A stretch of 64,000 nt of DNA. Source: Octopus vulgaris (taxonomy: Eukaryota). A model generated the notes under the pieces. The model worked only from the letters and a program-made list of their open reading frames with translations, did no database searches and was not told the origin of the DNA. The stretch covers positions 27,900,001-27,964,000 of the forward strand of contig OX597819.1 of NCBI GenBank assembly GCA_951406725.2, in the 5' to 3' direction. Below are positions 63,957-64,000 of the stretch, one piece after another. Numbering within the stretch: position 1 is the stretch's first letter; each line of letters begins with the position of its first letter. The translations under genes were made by a program, and so were the position numbers.

Positions 63957-64000
63957 CAGGAGTGGCTGTGTGGTAAGTAGCTTGTTTACCAACCACATGG
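63957..64000 (+). mobile_element. Family-A SINE head cut by the window end
   Basis: caggagtggctgtgtggtaagtagcttgtttaccaaccacatgg. Confidence 0.85.

Overview
AT-rich, microsatellite- and transposon-dense eukaryotic DNA. The SINE repertoire and TTAGGG repeats suggest a coleoid cephalopod, probably Octopus (inference). Two spliced + strand genes can be reconstructed by hand with GT-AG boundaries and matching intron phases: (1) the last three coding exons of AMFR/gp78 (687-4399; G2BR and p97/VCP-interacting motifs); (2) 11 coding exons of mitochondrial short-chain acyl-CoA dehydrogenase ACADS (26035-63467), with a TATA+Inr core promoter, a 17.6-kb first intron and the last exon beyond the window. 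The rest is tRNA-derived SINEs, non-autonomous Helitrons with PIF1-helicase remnants, mariner, piggyBac and GG...CC MITEs, a CR1-type RT fragment, an RTE-like tail, one clear and one probable solo LTR, and Penelope-like remnants. Most short ORFs in the supplied track are microsatellite or repeat artefacts. I cannot demonstrate a wholly new biological system. The best leads are: minimal hammerhead-ribozyme motifs in ACADS introns (one in sense 186 nt before exon 2, a pair in direct repeats flanking exon 3); an intergenic 250-aa His/Gln/Ser-rich orphan ORF with a CpG-decayed sister copy; a head-to-tail Helitron junction; telomere-repeat-carrying MITEs; a solo LTR with a palindromic CCAAT/E2F-like promoter; and a perfect heat-shock element in a Helitron-like insert. 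Repeat boundaries without a stated TSD or terminus are approximate.
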